A model generated the notes under the pieces. The model saw nothing but the letters and a program-made list of their open reading frames with translations, was not told where the DNA came from and made no database searches. From Candidatus Nanopelagicales bacterium (lineage in GTDB: Bacteria; Actinomycetota; Actinomycetes; S36-B12; UBA5976), in the NCBI GenBank assembly GCA_030157865.1, contig JAOATY010000043.1, forward strand, positions 34,964-98,963: a stretch of 64,000 nucleotides of DNA, given 5' to 3'. Shown here piece by piece: positions 38,970 through 48,475 of this stretch. A program made the translations under genes and the position numbers. Numbering within the stretch: the stretch's first letter is position 1; each line of letters opens with the position of its first letter.

Positions 38970-39881
38970 TTATCTTGACGTCGAGATAACTCGCGCTCCA
39001 TGAACTGGGCCATGGGTATGCAAAACATCGTCAACCAGGCCTGAGGCTTTAAGTGCAACAACTAAGTCAATTGCACTGGATTCATCGCGAACTAAGAATG
39101 CACAAGTTGGTCCACTGCCAGAAATGATCGCACCTAATGCGCCCAAATCAATACCTTGCTCTAGTACTCGACCAAGTTGAGGGCGCGAAGTCACTGCAGC
39201 TAGTTGCAAATCGTTGTGAAGCAATCTACCTAATGCTGGCGCATCGCCTCGAGCTAGAGCGCTCAACAATTCAGTTGGAACTTCAGGTTCACCTTCAAAT
39301 TCCAAACCACGCATATCATCAGTCTTTTCATAAATCTGCGCAGTAGATAAACCTTCATCGAAAGTTGCAAAGACCCAATGGAAACTTCCCCGAGTCATTA
39401 CTGGGGACAAAACATCACCGCGACCAATTCCAAGTGCGCAACCGCCGTGCATCATGAATGGAACATCGGAACCAAGCGTTGCAGCCATCGCATCGAGTTG
39501 ATCACGTGGTATTCCCGCATTCCAATATGCATCACAGGCAATGAGTGTGGCTGCTGCATCCGCACTACCTCCAGCCATACCGGCCGCAATTGGAATTGAT
39601 TTATCAATTTGGATGTGAATGTTTGGCTCTTCGCCACAAGCACGCGCCACAAGCTCGGCAGCTTTCCAAGCCAGGTTGGTTTCATCGGTTGGAATTCGAT
39701 CGGTAAAAGATCCAAGGCCACTGATCGTAAGAGAGTCTGCATCTGAAACTGTGACTTCATCGTAAATTCCAACCGCTTGAAAAACGGTCGCAAGGTCGTG
39801 GTACCCAGAAAACTCGCGTGGTCCAACGCCAAGGTAAACATTTACCTTGCCTGGGACTCTGACGGTTACTGATTTAGTCAC
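38970..39881 (-). CDS. ispE: 4-diphosphocytidyl-2-C-methyl-D-erythritol kinase
   Basis: 303 aa, GHMP kinase. KVNVYLGVG and IPIAAGMAGGSADAAA motifs. rsmA-ispE order. Confidence 0.9.
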   Translation of the reverse strand: MTKSVTVRVPGKVNVYLGVGPREFSGYHDLATVFQAVGIYDEVTVSDADSLTISGLGSFTDRIPTDETNLAWKAAELVARACGEEPNIHIQIDKSIPIAAGMAGGSADAAATLIACDAYWNAGIPRDQLDAMAATLGSDVPFMMHGGCALGIGRGDVLSPVMTRGSFHWVFATFDEGLSTAQIYEKTDDMRGLEFEGEPEVPTELLSALARGDAPALGRLLHNDLQLAAVTSRPQLGRVLEQGIDLGALGAIISGSGPTCAFLVRDESSAIDLVVALKASGLVDDVLHTHGPVHGARVISTSR

Positions 39882-39885
39882 GGAC

Positions 39886-40749
39886 TTAGATTACTTTCTT
39901 GGCTTGCTGCGCGATAGCCACAAAATCTTGCAGGCTTAGCTGTTCCCCACGCAATCCTGGATCAATGCCAGCGTCGCGAAGTATGCCTTCCACATTTTGT
40001 GGCGACCCCAGCGCGCTACCTAGTGCGGTACGAAGCGTCTTTCGACGCTGCCCAAAAGCGGCATCAACGATTGTGAAGGTTAAGTCGCGAAGCTCGGGGT
40101 CAAAATCACGTTCTTTGCGAACTAATCGAACTAAACCTGAATCCACATTAGGTGCTGGCCAAAACACATTGCGTCCTACTGAGCCAGCTTTGGTAACTTC
40201 GCCGTACCAAGCCATCTTTACGCTCGGGACACCATAGATTTTGCTGCCTGGTCCGGCAGCCATTCGATCAGCGACTTCAGCTTGAACCATGACAAGAATT
40301 TCTTGCAGCGATGGGAAGGTCTCGAGGAAGTGCAACACGACTGGAACTGAAACGTTGTATGGCAGGTTTGCAACTAAATGAGTTGGCGCTGCAGGTAACT
40401 CGGTGATTCGCATTGCGTCTGCATTAATAACAGTGAGGTTATCTTTCAAATCTGGTGCGTGCAATGCAATCGTTGCCGGCAATGCGCCAGCTAAAACAGG
40501 ATCAATTTCGACTGCTAGAACTTTTGCGACATTTGGGAGCAGTGCCAACGTTAGCGAGCCAAGACCTGGACCGATTTCGACAACAACATCAGATTCACTT
40601 ACATGTGCCTGCGTTACGATTCGTCGAACCGTATTTGGATCAATTACAAAGTTTTGTCCCAACTTTTTAGTGGGAGTTGCATTTAGTGAAGCGGCAAGTG
40701 CTCGGATCTCGGTAGCACCAAGCAAAGTTGATTCGGGGAACTCAGTCAT
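39886..40749 (-). CDS. rsmA: 16S rRNA (adenine1518/1519-N6)-dimethyltransferase
   Basis: [18 protein letters not shown] and [12 protein letters not shown] (SAM motif). The ORF-track start at 40839 overlaps the upstream gene; I use the ATG at 40749 (MTEFPES), 8 nt after that gene's stop. Confidence 0.9.
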   Translation of the reverse strand: MTEFPESTLLGATEIRALAASLNATPTKKLGQNFVIDPNTVRRIVTQAHVSESDVVVEIGPGLGSLTLALLPNVAKVLAVEIDPVLAGALPATIALHAPDLKDNLTVINADAMRITELPAAPTHLVANLPYNVSVPVVLHFLETFPSLQEILVMVQAEVADRMAAGPGSKIYGVPSVKMAWYGEVTKAGSVGRNVFWPAPNVDSGLVRLVRKERDFDPELRDLTFTIVDAAFGQRRKTLRTALGSALGSPQNVEGILRDAGIDPGLRGEQLSLQDFVAIAQQAKKVI

Positions 40750-40757
40750 TAAATGAT

Positions 40758-41561
40758 TTAGTACCAGTTGCGAGAGTAAAAGAAATCGAGTGCACCACAA
40801 GGAGTGTCGTAGCGATCCTCGATGTAGTTCGCTCCCCACTTGATTTGGGTTGCTGGATTGGTTTTCCAGTCATCTCCAAACGCTGCCATTTTCCTTCCCG
40901 GCAAACTTTGTGGAATTCCGTAAGCACCAGATGTTGGGTTAGTAGCTTTGTGATTCCAATTGCTCTCGCGGAACCATAAAGTTTCTAGACAAGCGAATTG
41001 CTTATCTCCCCAGCCATACTCTTGATTGATAAAAAGTTTTGCATATTCTTTATTGCCGGATTTTGTTCCGGTCTTACCTTCAGCCGTTGCTAGTGCAACT
41101 GCGATGTCATTTGGATTACCCGTTCCGCGAATTACAACTGCTTCAACTGGTTCAGTTGTAACTTCTCGAGCAATTTCGGTTCGAGAAACTTCGTTGCCAT
41201 CTACTAATTTCACTTGGTAAGTAATCTCAGCTAATCCGGTTTCGCCAGCTTGCTTCACAATTTCGGTGCCAGCCGCAATGGTCGCATCTTCGGTAGCAGA
41301 AGTTTGGAATTCAATTTCAGCTTCTTCAGTAACCACAGTTTGGCTAATGGTGTGCTGCTTTACGTTGTAAGAAACGGTCGAATCAATAGCTAGGGCAGCA
41401 ACATCGATGTAAGGCGGAGCCTGCTCGGAGCTATTTGCTGCGGTGATTCCACCAGTTAGCAAAACTGCAGCTCCAGCCACAATTGCTGATCTAAGTGGAA
41501 CATTATGATTTTTTGGGCGGGCATGACGACCCGGCGCACGATGGCGACCACGTTGTGTCAT
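40758..41561 (-). CDS. Secreted G5-domain protein with a C-terminal SLT/lysozyme-like transglycosylase domain (occupies the RpfB position)
   Basis: 267 aa. Basic N-terminus plus TM/signal, G5-like segment ([36 protein letters not shown]), C-terminal [23 protein letters not shown] (ES..N..A.N..GAYGI.Q transglycosylase motif). tatD-(this)-rsmA-ispE synteny equals Rv1008-Rv1011. Confidence 0.7.
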   Translation of the reverse strand: MTQRGRHRAPGRHARPKNHNVPLRSAIVAGAAVLLTGGITAANSSEQAPPYIDVAALAIDSTVSYNVKQHTISQTVVTEEAEIEFQTSATEDATIAAGTEIVKQAGETGLAEITYQVKLVDGNEVSRTEIAREVTTEPVEAVVIRGTGNPNDIAVALATAEGKTGTKSGNKEYAKLFINQEYGWGDKQFACLETLWFRESNWNHKATNPTSGAYGIPQSLPGRKMAAFGDDWKTNPATQIKWGANYIEDRYDTPCGALDFFYSRNWY

Positions 41562-41592
41562 AACTTCCCCGCTTCGTTTCGTTTAAAAAGCA

Positions 41593-41608
41593 GTTCAATA
41601 AATTGAAC
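41593..41608. promoter_or_regulatory. Dyad-symmetric site upstream of the G5-transglycosylase gene
   Basis: GTTCAAT-AA-ATTGAAC: 7-bp perfect arms ending 32 nt upstream of the start codon at 41561. Confidence 0.3.
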
Positions 41609-41659
41609 AGAAACTCCACGTTATCCCGAACCTCCCCCACAAAGGCAAGTTCGGATTTG

Positions 41660-42481
41660 TCAAAAAGGTCCAAAAACCCTTGCAGCGTTTGAAAAAAGAA
41701 GTTCACATATTTCTTGCTCAGATTGGCCTCGAACCTCACAAATTGCCCGAACTGTCCATGGGATGTTTGTTGAGGCATTTGCCCGTCCGCGGTTAGGTGC
41801 GGGAGTTAAGAATGGTGAATCTGTTTCGACCAGCAGTAAGTGGTCTGGAATTTCAAGCACCGCATCCCGAAGCTGTTGGGCGTTGTTGAAAGTGACAACG
41901 CCAGGTATCGACATGTACCAACCAGCTTGGGCACAAATCTTTGCCATTTCAGCATCGCCGGAGAAGCAATGGAAAACAACAGTCTCTGGTGCGCCATGAG
42001 TTTCTAGCGTCTCAATTACATCTTTATGTGCATCCCGATCATGAATGATCACGGGCTTGCCAACTTCTCGAGCAATGTCGATATGGGCCTTAAATGAAAC
42101 ATGTTGCGCTGCCGACTGAGATTCTTCCGTGCGGTAATAATCCAAACCGGTCTCACCAAGTCCTCGAACTTGCGGCAACTTGGCTAACTCGGCAATCGCA
42201 GTCAGCGAGGTTTCTAAATCTGGATCATGTGCGGCGGCATTTGGGTGAAGTGCAACAGTCGCCCATACATCAGGGTGATCAAGCGCAGCCTGAGCCGCCC
42301 ATTTAGAACTTGCTACATCACATCCAACTTGAATGACTTTTGTGACATTCACAGCTTTCGCGGCTGCCATCGCATCATTGACACTTGGCAGCACCTGTTC
42401 ATCGTCAAAAGTGACATCCATATGGCAGTGCGTATCAACGACTGGACCGGCTAATGGCAACGCCAACTTCACTGCACTCAC
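41660..42481 (-). CDS. tatD: TatD-family metal-dependent hydrolase
   Basis: 273 aa. VDTHCHMD start motif, GETGLDYY, IIHDRDAH, VETDSPFL. Confidence 0.9.
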   Translation of the reverse strand: MSAVKLALPLAGPVVDTHCHMDVTFDDEQVLPSVNDAMAAAKAVNVTKVIQVGCDVASSKWAAQAALDHPDVWATVALHPNAAAHDPDLETSLTAIAELAKLPQVRGLGETGLDYYRTEESQSAAQHVSFKAHIDIAREVGKPVIIHDRDAHKDVIETLETHGAPETVVFHCFSGDAEMAKICAQAGWYMSIPGVVTFNNAQQLRDAVLEIPDHLLLVETDSPFLTPAPNRGRANASTNIPWTVRAICEVRGQSEQEICELLFSNAARVFGPF

Positions 42482-42566
42482 TCCTATACGTTAGCGATGA
42501 GTTGGTAACCTAGTCTGGTTACAGGGCAGAAACGGGGTTGCCCAGTTAAATTGCAAGGGCAAATTA

Positions 42567-44393
42567 GTGATTCGTCGACTTCCAGGGCTAGATGGCTTAC
42601 GTGGCATCGCAGTTTTGGCTGTCATCATCTATCACGCAGATGTTTCACTTCTTGTTGGCGGATTCCTCGGCGTAGACGTTTTCTTTGTCCTATCTGGATT
42701 CTTGATTACTTCGTTATTGATTGATGAATTAACTCGCACTAACACAGTCGATCGGGCGCGCTTTTACATTCGCCGCATTCGACGCCTGATGCCAGCGCTG
42801 TTCTTGGTTCTCTTTTTCAGCGTTCTAGTTTCTGGATTGTTCGTACTGGATGCGGCTTATCACGTCCGTCGAGATTTACCGTGGGCCATTACCTTCGTTC
42901 TTAACTGGTCTTACCTATTCTTTGAGCAGTCTTACTTTGTAAACATTTCCCGTCCCCCGCTTTTGCAACACCTATGGTCACTTTCAGTTGAAGAACAGTT
43001 CTATGTTGTGTGGCCAATCATGCTGATTGGTTTGTACAAGGTAAAAATTGGAAACCTAACTCCACGTGTGAAGATTTTCATTGCTTCTTCAGTTCTGGCG
43101 GTTGCTTCAACTGCGTGGATGGTTCACCTTTCGGTATCAAATGGTTTTCCAATTCCAAATGACCCAAGCCGCGTCTATTTTGGAACTGACACTCATGCCA
43201 TGGGATTACTAGTTGGTTGCGCGGCAGCTGCGCTTTGGCGATCTGAAAGATTGAATGAGCGTTTAACTCCAGACCGCGCAGCTGCAATGAATGGACTTGG
43301 ACTAATCAGCATTGCCGGGTTGGCTTACTTCTTTTTGTTTGTTAGCGAGCTAAATGAATTCTTGTACCGCGGCGGCTTCTTGGTGCTTTCTATTTTGACG
43401 GCGATCTTGGTTGTAGTAGCCGCTCACCCAGGATTAAAGTTTGGAACTCGATTAGGCAATCCCGTTCTTAAGTGGTTTGGGGATCGCTCTTACGGAATCT
43501 ATTTATGGCACTGGCCAATCTTTGTCTTGATGCGATCTGGAATCGACATTCAGTGGCCAGACCCGATTGCATTTACCGTAAAGATTGGCATCGTTTTAGT
43601 TGTTGCGGACCTGTCGTACCGATTTGTCGAGATGCCGATTCGTCAGGGTGCAATTGGTTCTCGGTTATCAGTTTGGCGCGCAGCTGGAGTTCCAAGGCCT
43701 AAGCCACAAACTTTGATGGCAACTGCAGTGACTGCAGTTGTACTCACGGCTAGTTTGGTTGGCATGTATCGAGTACCAGTTCCTGATGCTGGCAACTTAA
43801 CCGGCATTGGTGGCATCACGGCTATCGATGAAGATCCAGTTGCAGTTGTCGAACCAGCGGTACTTGAAGGCGATCCATTGATCAGCGCTCAACAAGCTGC
43901 GCAAGTGCAAACTGAAATTCAGGCCAAGATTCCGCCGGTTGTTTTCGGTGACTCGGTTGTACTTGGAGCTCGGGAAAGTTTAAAAGCCGTCATGGGTGAG
44001 ATTTCCATCGATGCTGCAGTAAGTCGCCAGCCAGAAGTGATTGCCGAACGAATTAGAGAGCGCCGTTTAGAACGACGTCTTGGACCAGATGTTGTAATCC
44101 ACATGGGCACAAATGGAATTGTGCAAGAAGAAGATCTAAAACCGATTCTGGAAGAACTTCGTGATCGCAATCGCGTAGTTGTTGTAAACGTCCGAGTTCC
44201 ACGAGTTTGGATGAAACCAACTAACGAAATGATTGCTTCTTTAGTTGCACAATATCCGAATGCTCGGCTGGCTGATTGGAACACAGCTTCCAAAGGCAAA
44301 AAGGGTTACTTTGCTCCAGATGGTGTGCATCTAACAAAGACAGGTGCCGAAGTTTTTGGAAACTTAGTTAATGACACCCTTCGTGGTCCGTAA
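42567..44393 (+). CDS. Acyltransferase-3 family membrane protein with C-terminal SGNH-like domain (OafA/YrhL type)
   Basis: 608 aa. N-terminal LDGLRGIAVLAVIIYH and ~10 TM helices. The C-terminal soluble domain carries VVFGDSV (GDS(L) block). Confidence 0.8.
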   Translation: MIRRLPGLDGLRGIAVLAVIIYHADVSLLVGGFLGVDVFFVLSGFLITSLLIDELTRTNTVDRARFYIRRIRRLMPALFLVLFFSVLVSGLFVLDAAYHVRRDLPWAITFVLNWSYLFFEQSYFVNISRPPLLQHLWSLSVEEQFYVVWPIMLIGLYKVKIGNLTPRVKIFIASSVLAVASTAWMVHLSVSNGFPIPNDPSRVYFGTDTHAMGLLVGCAAAALWRSERLNERLTPDRAAAMNGLGLISIAGLAYFFLFVSELNEFLYRGGFLVLSILTAILVVVAAHPGLKFGTRLGNPVLKWFGDRSYGIYLWHWPIFVLMRSGIDIQWPDPIAFTVKIGIVLVVADLSYRFVEMPIRQGAIGSRLSVWRAAGVPRPKPQTLMATAVTAVVLTASLVGMYRVPVPDAGNLTGIGGITAIDEDPVAVVEPAVLEGDPLISAQQAAQVQTEIQAKIPPVVFGDSVVLGARESLKAVMGEISIDAAVSRQPEVIAERIRERRLERRLGPDVVIHMGTNGIVQEEDLKPILEELRDRNRVVVVNVRVPRVWMKPTNEMIASLVAQYPNARLADWNTASKGKKGYFAPDGVHLTKTGAEVFGNLVNDTLRGP

Positions 44394-44396
44394 GAA

Positions 44397-45986
44397 CTAG
44401 ATCTGCTCCGGTTCTTCAATTCTCGGGAACATTGATTCACTCTTTGTAATCTTTACCCCTGGCTTTAGCTGTCCCCAGGTTGCAACTTCAGCAATTGATT
44501 GGCCAAGGCCAGACTCAGCTGCGCCAATGTCGCTCCAAAGCGCACTCATACTCTTTGGCATGATCGGTGCATACAAAGTTGAAATTGCTCGCAAGGATTC
44601 ACAAACTGTGTAAAGAATTGTGGCCAGACGTAGCCGGCTTTCGGCATCGTCTTTCTTTGCCAGAGTCCACGGCTCTTGCTCGGTGACATAAAGATTTACG
44701 GCATCAACGAATTCTTTAACGGCGACGATTCCAGTCTGGAAATCAAAGGCACGGATGGAAACATCAGCCTGCGCTGCAGTCTTTACCAAAAGATCAGTCA
44801 ATACCTTTTCAGCAGCAGTTAATTCACCAGGAGCTGGTAACAACCCGTCGAAGTTCTTAACAACCATGGCCTGAACCCGACTGGCCAAGTTACCCAGACC
44901 ATTAGCAAGTTCTGAGGTGTAACGCGCAACCAAGTCTTCCCATGAGAACGATCCATCTTGGCCAAAGATAATTGCGCGCATGAAGTAATAGCGGAATGCA
45001 TCAGAACCAATTAGGTCAACAATGCTTTGTGGTGAAATGCCAGTGAGCTTGCTCTTGCTCATCTTTTCGCCACCAACTAGCAACCAGCCATGAGCAAAGA
45101 CGCACTTAGGAAGTGGCAGATCAGCAGCCATCAACATTGCTGGCCAAATCACGGCGTGGAAACGAAGAATGTCTTTACCAACTAAGTGCACATCTGCTGG
45201 CCAGGTTTCGGCAAACTTCTTTGCACCTTCGCTACCTGGCTCATCGCCTAGGCCAACGGCAGTTGCGTAGTTAAGTAGCGCATCAAACCAAACGTAAACA
45301 ACTTGTGATGGATCCCACGGAACTTCAATTCCCCAGTCAAAAGTTGAACGAGAGATTGATAGATCTTGAAGTCCCGATCGCAAGAACGACATAACTTCGT
45401 TGTAAGCAGATTCTGGACGAATTGCTTGAGGGTTTGCTTCGTAGTGCTTGATTAAAGCATCGGTGTAAGCCGAGAGCTTGAAGAAATAGTTTGATTCACT
45501 AACAAGTTCAACCGGCTTGGAATGAATTGGGCAAAGTTTTTCATCGCCGTCTCCATCGATTAAGTCACCTGGAAGTTTGAATTCTTCACAACCAACGCAA
45601 TACGGACCTTCATAAGCGCCTTCATAAATATGGCCAGCATCTTTGAGCTGAGATAAGAATCTTTGAACCCGCTTAGTGTGACGTTCCTGAGTCGTGCGAA
45701 TGAAGTCATCATTGGCAGCATCAATCACATCCAGAACTGGCAACCAAGCATCAGCAACGAGTTTGTCTGCCCAAGCTTGTGGGGCAACACCATTTGCTTC
45801 AGCGGTGCGTAAAACCTTTTGGCCGTGCTCATCGGTTCCAGTCAAGAACCAAACATCTTCTCCAGCCATGCGATGCCAACGAGTCATAACGTCACCAGCA
45901 ACAGTTGTGTAGCCGTGTCCGATGTGTGGCGCATCATTTACGTAGTAAATGGGCGTTGTCAGATAAAACGCTTTGTTGCTGGTCAT
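44397..45986 (-). CDS. metG: Methionine--tRNA ligase
   Basis: 529 aa. HIGH variant PHIGHGYT, KMSKS exactly, and a CxxC...C..H knuckle (CVGCEEF...CPIH). Confidence 0.95.
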   Translation of the reverse strand: MTSNKAFYLTTPIYYVNDAPHIGHGYTTVAGDVMTRWHRMAGEDVWFLTGTDEHGQKVLRTAEANGVAPQAWADKLVADAWLPVLDVIDAANDDFIRTTQERHTKRVQRFLSQLKDAGHIYEGAYEGPYCVGCEEFKLPGDLIDGDGDEKLCPIHSKPVELVSESNYFFKLSAYTDALIKHYEANPQAIRPESAYNEVMSFLRSGLQDLSISRSTFDWGIEVPWDPSQVVYVWFDALLNYATAVGLGDEPGSEGAKKFAETWPADVHLVGKDILRFHAVIWPAMLMAADLPLPKCVFAHGWLLVGGEKMSKSKLTGISPQSIVDLIGSDAFRYYFMRAIIFGQDGSFSWEDLVARYTSELANGLGNLASRVQAMVVKNFDGLLPAPGELTAAEKVLTDLLVKTAAQADVSIRAFDFQTGIVAVKEFVDAVNLYVTEQEPWTLAKKDDAESRLRLATILYTVCESLRAISTLYAPIMPKSMSALWSDIGAAESGLGQSIAEVATWGQLKPGVKITKSESMFPRIEEPEQI

Positions 45987-46011
45987 GCATTAAGTCTAGA
46001 GCGAAACTGGA

Positions 46012-46857
46012 TTAACTTTTTCGCTGGCGTTGATCGGCAAGGACCGCGTCGTAGACATCTCGCTTTGGCACACCAAGCTCTCGCGCCACTGATGCAATAG
46101 CATCTCGCTGGGTTTCGCCAACTTCGACTCGGGTAGCAACTAAACCAACCCAGTCTTGCGCAGTTGTTTCCGGCAGCGGCTGTGCGCCAGATATGACCAA
46201 GGTAATTTCGCCAAGGATCTCGCGATCACTCCACGCAACTAACTCGGCCAAAGTTCCGCGCACCACTTCTTCATAAGTCTTAGTTAGTTCGCGGCAAATC
46301 ACGCCTTGTCGATCTGAACCAAAGACCGCTTCTAGATCAACCAGTGAATCAACTAAGCGATGTGGGGCTTCAAAGAAAACCATGGTTCGTTGTTCATGCA
46401 GTAATGATTCGCAAAGGGTTCGACGTTCGCCAGACTTTCTCGGCAAAAATCCTTCAAAGGAAAATCGATCAACTGGAAGTCCGCTGACAGCTAGCGCTGC
46501 CAGAACTGCTGATGGGCCAGGAATCACCGAGACTTTTACATCTTGAGCTATTGCTTCTTGAACTAGCCGATATCCAGGATCACTCACACTTGGCATGCCA
46601 GCATCAGAAATCATTACTACTGTTTCGCCGGAAAGCACGCGACCAATTAGTTCTGGGCTCTTGGCTTCTTCAACGGCATCGTAAAACGACCAGATTTGGG
46701 CTTGGGTGGTAATCCCTAAATCAGAAAGTAAGCGATGTGCTCGCCTGGAATCTTCAGCTGCAATTACATTCGCAGTTTCCAGAATTTCCCGCAGTCGTGC
46801 TGAGGCATCACCAACGTTTCCAATTGGTGTTGCTGCAAGGAATAGCTGACCTGACAT
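46012..46857 (-). CDS. rsmI: 16S rRNA (cytidine1402-2'-O)-methyltransferase
   Basis: 281 aa. LFLAATPIGNVGDASARL, AEDSRRAHRLL and SDAGMPSVSDPG are RsmI (tetrapyrrole-methylase fold) motifs. Confidence 0.9.
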   Translation of the reverse strand: MSGQLFLAATPIGNVGDASARLREILETANVIAAEDSRRAHRLLSDLGITTQAQIWSFYDAVEEAKSPELIGRVLSGETVVMISDAGMPSVSDPGYRLVQEAIAQDVKVSVIPGPSAVLAALAVSGLPVDRFSFEGFLPRKSGERRTLCESLLHEQRTMVFFEAPHRLVDSLVDLEAVFGSDRQGVICRELTKTYEEVVRGTLAELVAWSDREILGEITLVISGAQPLPETTAQDWVGLVATRVEVGETQRDAIASVARELGVPKRDVYDAVLADQRQRKS

Positions 46858-46863
46858 CCCTCC

Positions 46864-46961
46864 ATCATTCCCTAAATCGGACTACGTCCGAATCATTCCC
46901 TAAATCGGACTACGTCCGAATCATTCCCTAAATCAGGCAATGCCTGAATCATTGGGTAAAG
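46864..46961. repeat. About 3.5 tandem copies of a 28-bp unit, each carrying a 6-N3-6 palindrome, in the rsmI/pmt divergent intergenic region
   Basis: ATCATTCCCTAAATCGGACTACGTCCGA occurs at 46864-46891 and identically at 46892-46919. The third copy is ATCATTCCCTAAATCAGGCAATGCCTGA (46920-46947). It is followed by the partial copy ATCATTGGGTAAAG. Confidence 0.9.
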
Positions 46962-46987
46962 CAGAACAACTCCTGTATTTTTAAGCA

Positions 46988-48475
46988 GTGGAGACAACTG
47001 AGGTAGCCGAGCCGGTTAAATCAAGGCGGGCTCCGTTTGACCTGGATATAAAGTCCAAGCCTGCGGGTGGTTGGGCTGGCTGGCGCGGGCCGTTAGCTGC
47101 TACGGGCTTAGCTGCACTTTTGCGACTGCCGTATTTAGGTCAACCACACGCAATCATTTTCGATGAAACTTATTACGTTAAAGATTCTCTAGCGCTTTTA
47201 ACTTTTGGCCACGAGCGCAAAGTTATTGAAGATGCTGACACAGTTTTGTTGGCTAGTGGCGGAGAAAACTTCGCCAGTATCTTTACCGATGCTGCGTCCT
47301 ACATAGTTCACCCACCGGTTGGTAAGTGGGTTATCGCCAGCGGTGAAGCAATCTTTGGCGCAACGCCATTTGGCTGGCGCATCGCGATTGCAATTCTTGG
47401 AATCCTGAGCGTTTTAATTACTGCTCGAATTGCTCGCCGCCTAACTAACTCAAACTTCATCGGCACGGTAGCTGGACTGTTACTTGCCCTCGATGGACTG
47501 CACATCGCAATGAGCAGAACTGCATTGCTTGACACTTCCCTATCATTCTTTGTGCTTTGCGCATTTGGCTTCTTGATTATGGATCGAGATTCCGCAAACT
47601 CAGGGGGCTCTAAATCTTGGCGCTGGGCCATGGTTGCGGCCCTCGGGTTAGCTTGCGCAACTAAGTGGAGTGGCATTTACTTCGCTGCCGCATTTGGAAT
47701 TCTGATGTTGATTTGGGATTACGAGCGAAGAAGTAAGCGCTTAGAAGGGTTTACAGTTTGGCTGACAAAAGATTTCTTGCCTGCACTTGTGATGCCATTT
47801 GTGATCATTGCAATTTACATCGCTAGTTGGATTGGCTGGTTTAGAAGTTCAGGTGGCTGGAATCGAAACTGGGCACAAGAAAACGATGTGACCTCGTGGG
47901 TGCCAGATGCATTAGTAAGTCTGTTTCACTATCACAAAGACATGTTGAGTTTTCATACGAACTTAGTTACTCCGCATAGTTACTCAGCTAATCCATGGTC
48001 CTGGCCATTAATGATTCGCCCAACTAGTTTCTATTACGAAACTGATCCAACTTGTGGCGCAGACAAATGTTCCCAAGAAGTAATTCCACTTGGTAATCCA
48101 TTGATCTGGTGGGCTGGCGTTATTGCACTCGCGATCATCATTTACTTTGCAGTAGCCCGTCGACATAGCGCTGCGCTTCCAATTGCTGTGGCGTTTGCGG
48201 CTGGTTGGGTGCCTTGGTTATTTTTCCCAGAGCGCACCACTTTTAGTTTCTACTCAGTCGCTTTCATTCCCTACACCGTTATGGCATTGGCACTTACGCT
48301 TTATCTCGCAAACGAAAGAGTGAAAAGTGAAAAGCCAATTGCCTGGCGTTGGCCAACTTTAACTTTTGTGATTGTTGCCGCTGCACTTACTGCTTTTTTC
48401 TATCCGATCTTGACCGGGCATTCAATCAGTTACGAGATGTGGCACCTGCGGATGTGGCTACCCTCCTGGGTTTAA
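46988..48475 (+). CDS. pmt: Dolichyl/polyprenyl-phosphate-mannose--protein mannosyltransferase (PMT family)
   Basis: 495 aa, multi-TM. FDETYYVKDS (DE motif in loop 1). Divergent from rsmI as for Rv1002c/Rv1003. GTG start. Confidence 0.8.
   Translation: METTEVAEPVKSRRAPFDLDIKSKPAGGWAGWRGPLAATGLAALLRLPYLGQPHAIIFDETYYVKDSLALLTFGHERKVIEDADTVLLASGGENFASIFTDAASYIVHPPVGKWVIASGEAIFGATPFGWRIAIAILGILSVLITARIARRLTNSNFIGTVAGLLLALDGLHIAMSRTALLDTSLSFFVLCAFGFLIMDRDSANSGGSKSWRWAMVAALGLACATKWSGIYFAAAFGILMLIWDYERRSKRLEGFTVWLTKDFLPALVMPFVIIAIYIASWIGWFRSSGGWNRNWAQENDVTSWVPDALVSLFHYHKDMLSFHTNLVTPHSYSANPWSWPLMIRPTSFYYETDPTCGADKCSQEVIPLGNPLIWWAGVIALAIIIYFAVARRHSAALPIAVAFAAGWVPWLFFPERTTFSFYSVAFIPYTVMALALTLYLANERVKSEKPIAWRWPTLTFVIVAAALTAFFYPILTGHSISYEMWHLRMWLPSWV

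Noticed and set aside
40750-40839. 30-codon extension of rsmA
   Set aside because: It overlaps the 3' end of the upstream transglycosylase gene. The ATG at 40749 gives a normal RsmA N-terminus.
46864-46961. The 28-bp repeats as a CRISPR array
   Set aside because: The units are directly contiguous with no spacers, there are only ~3.5 copies, and there are no cas genes. It is reported instead as a tandem repeat or operator-like array.
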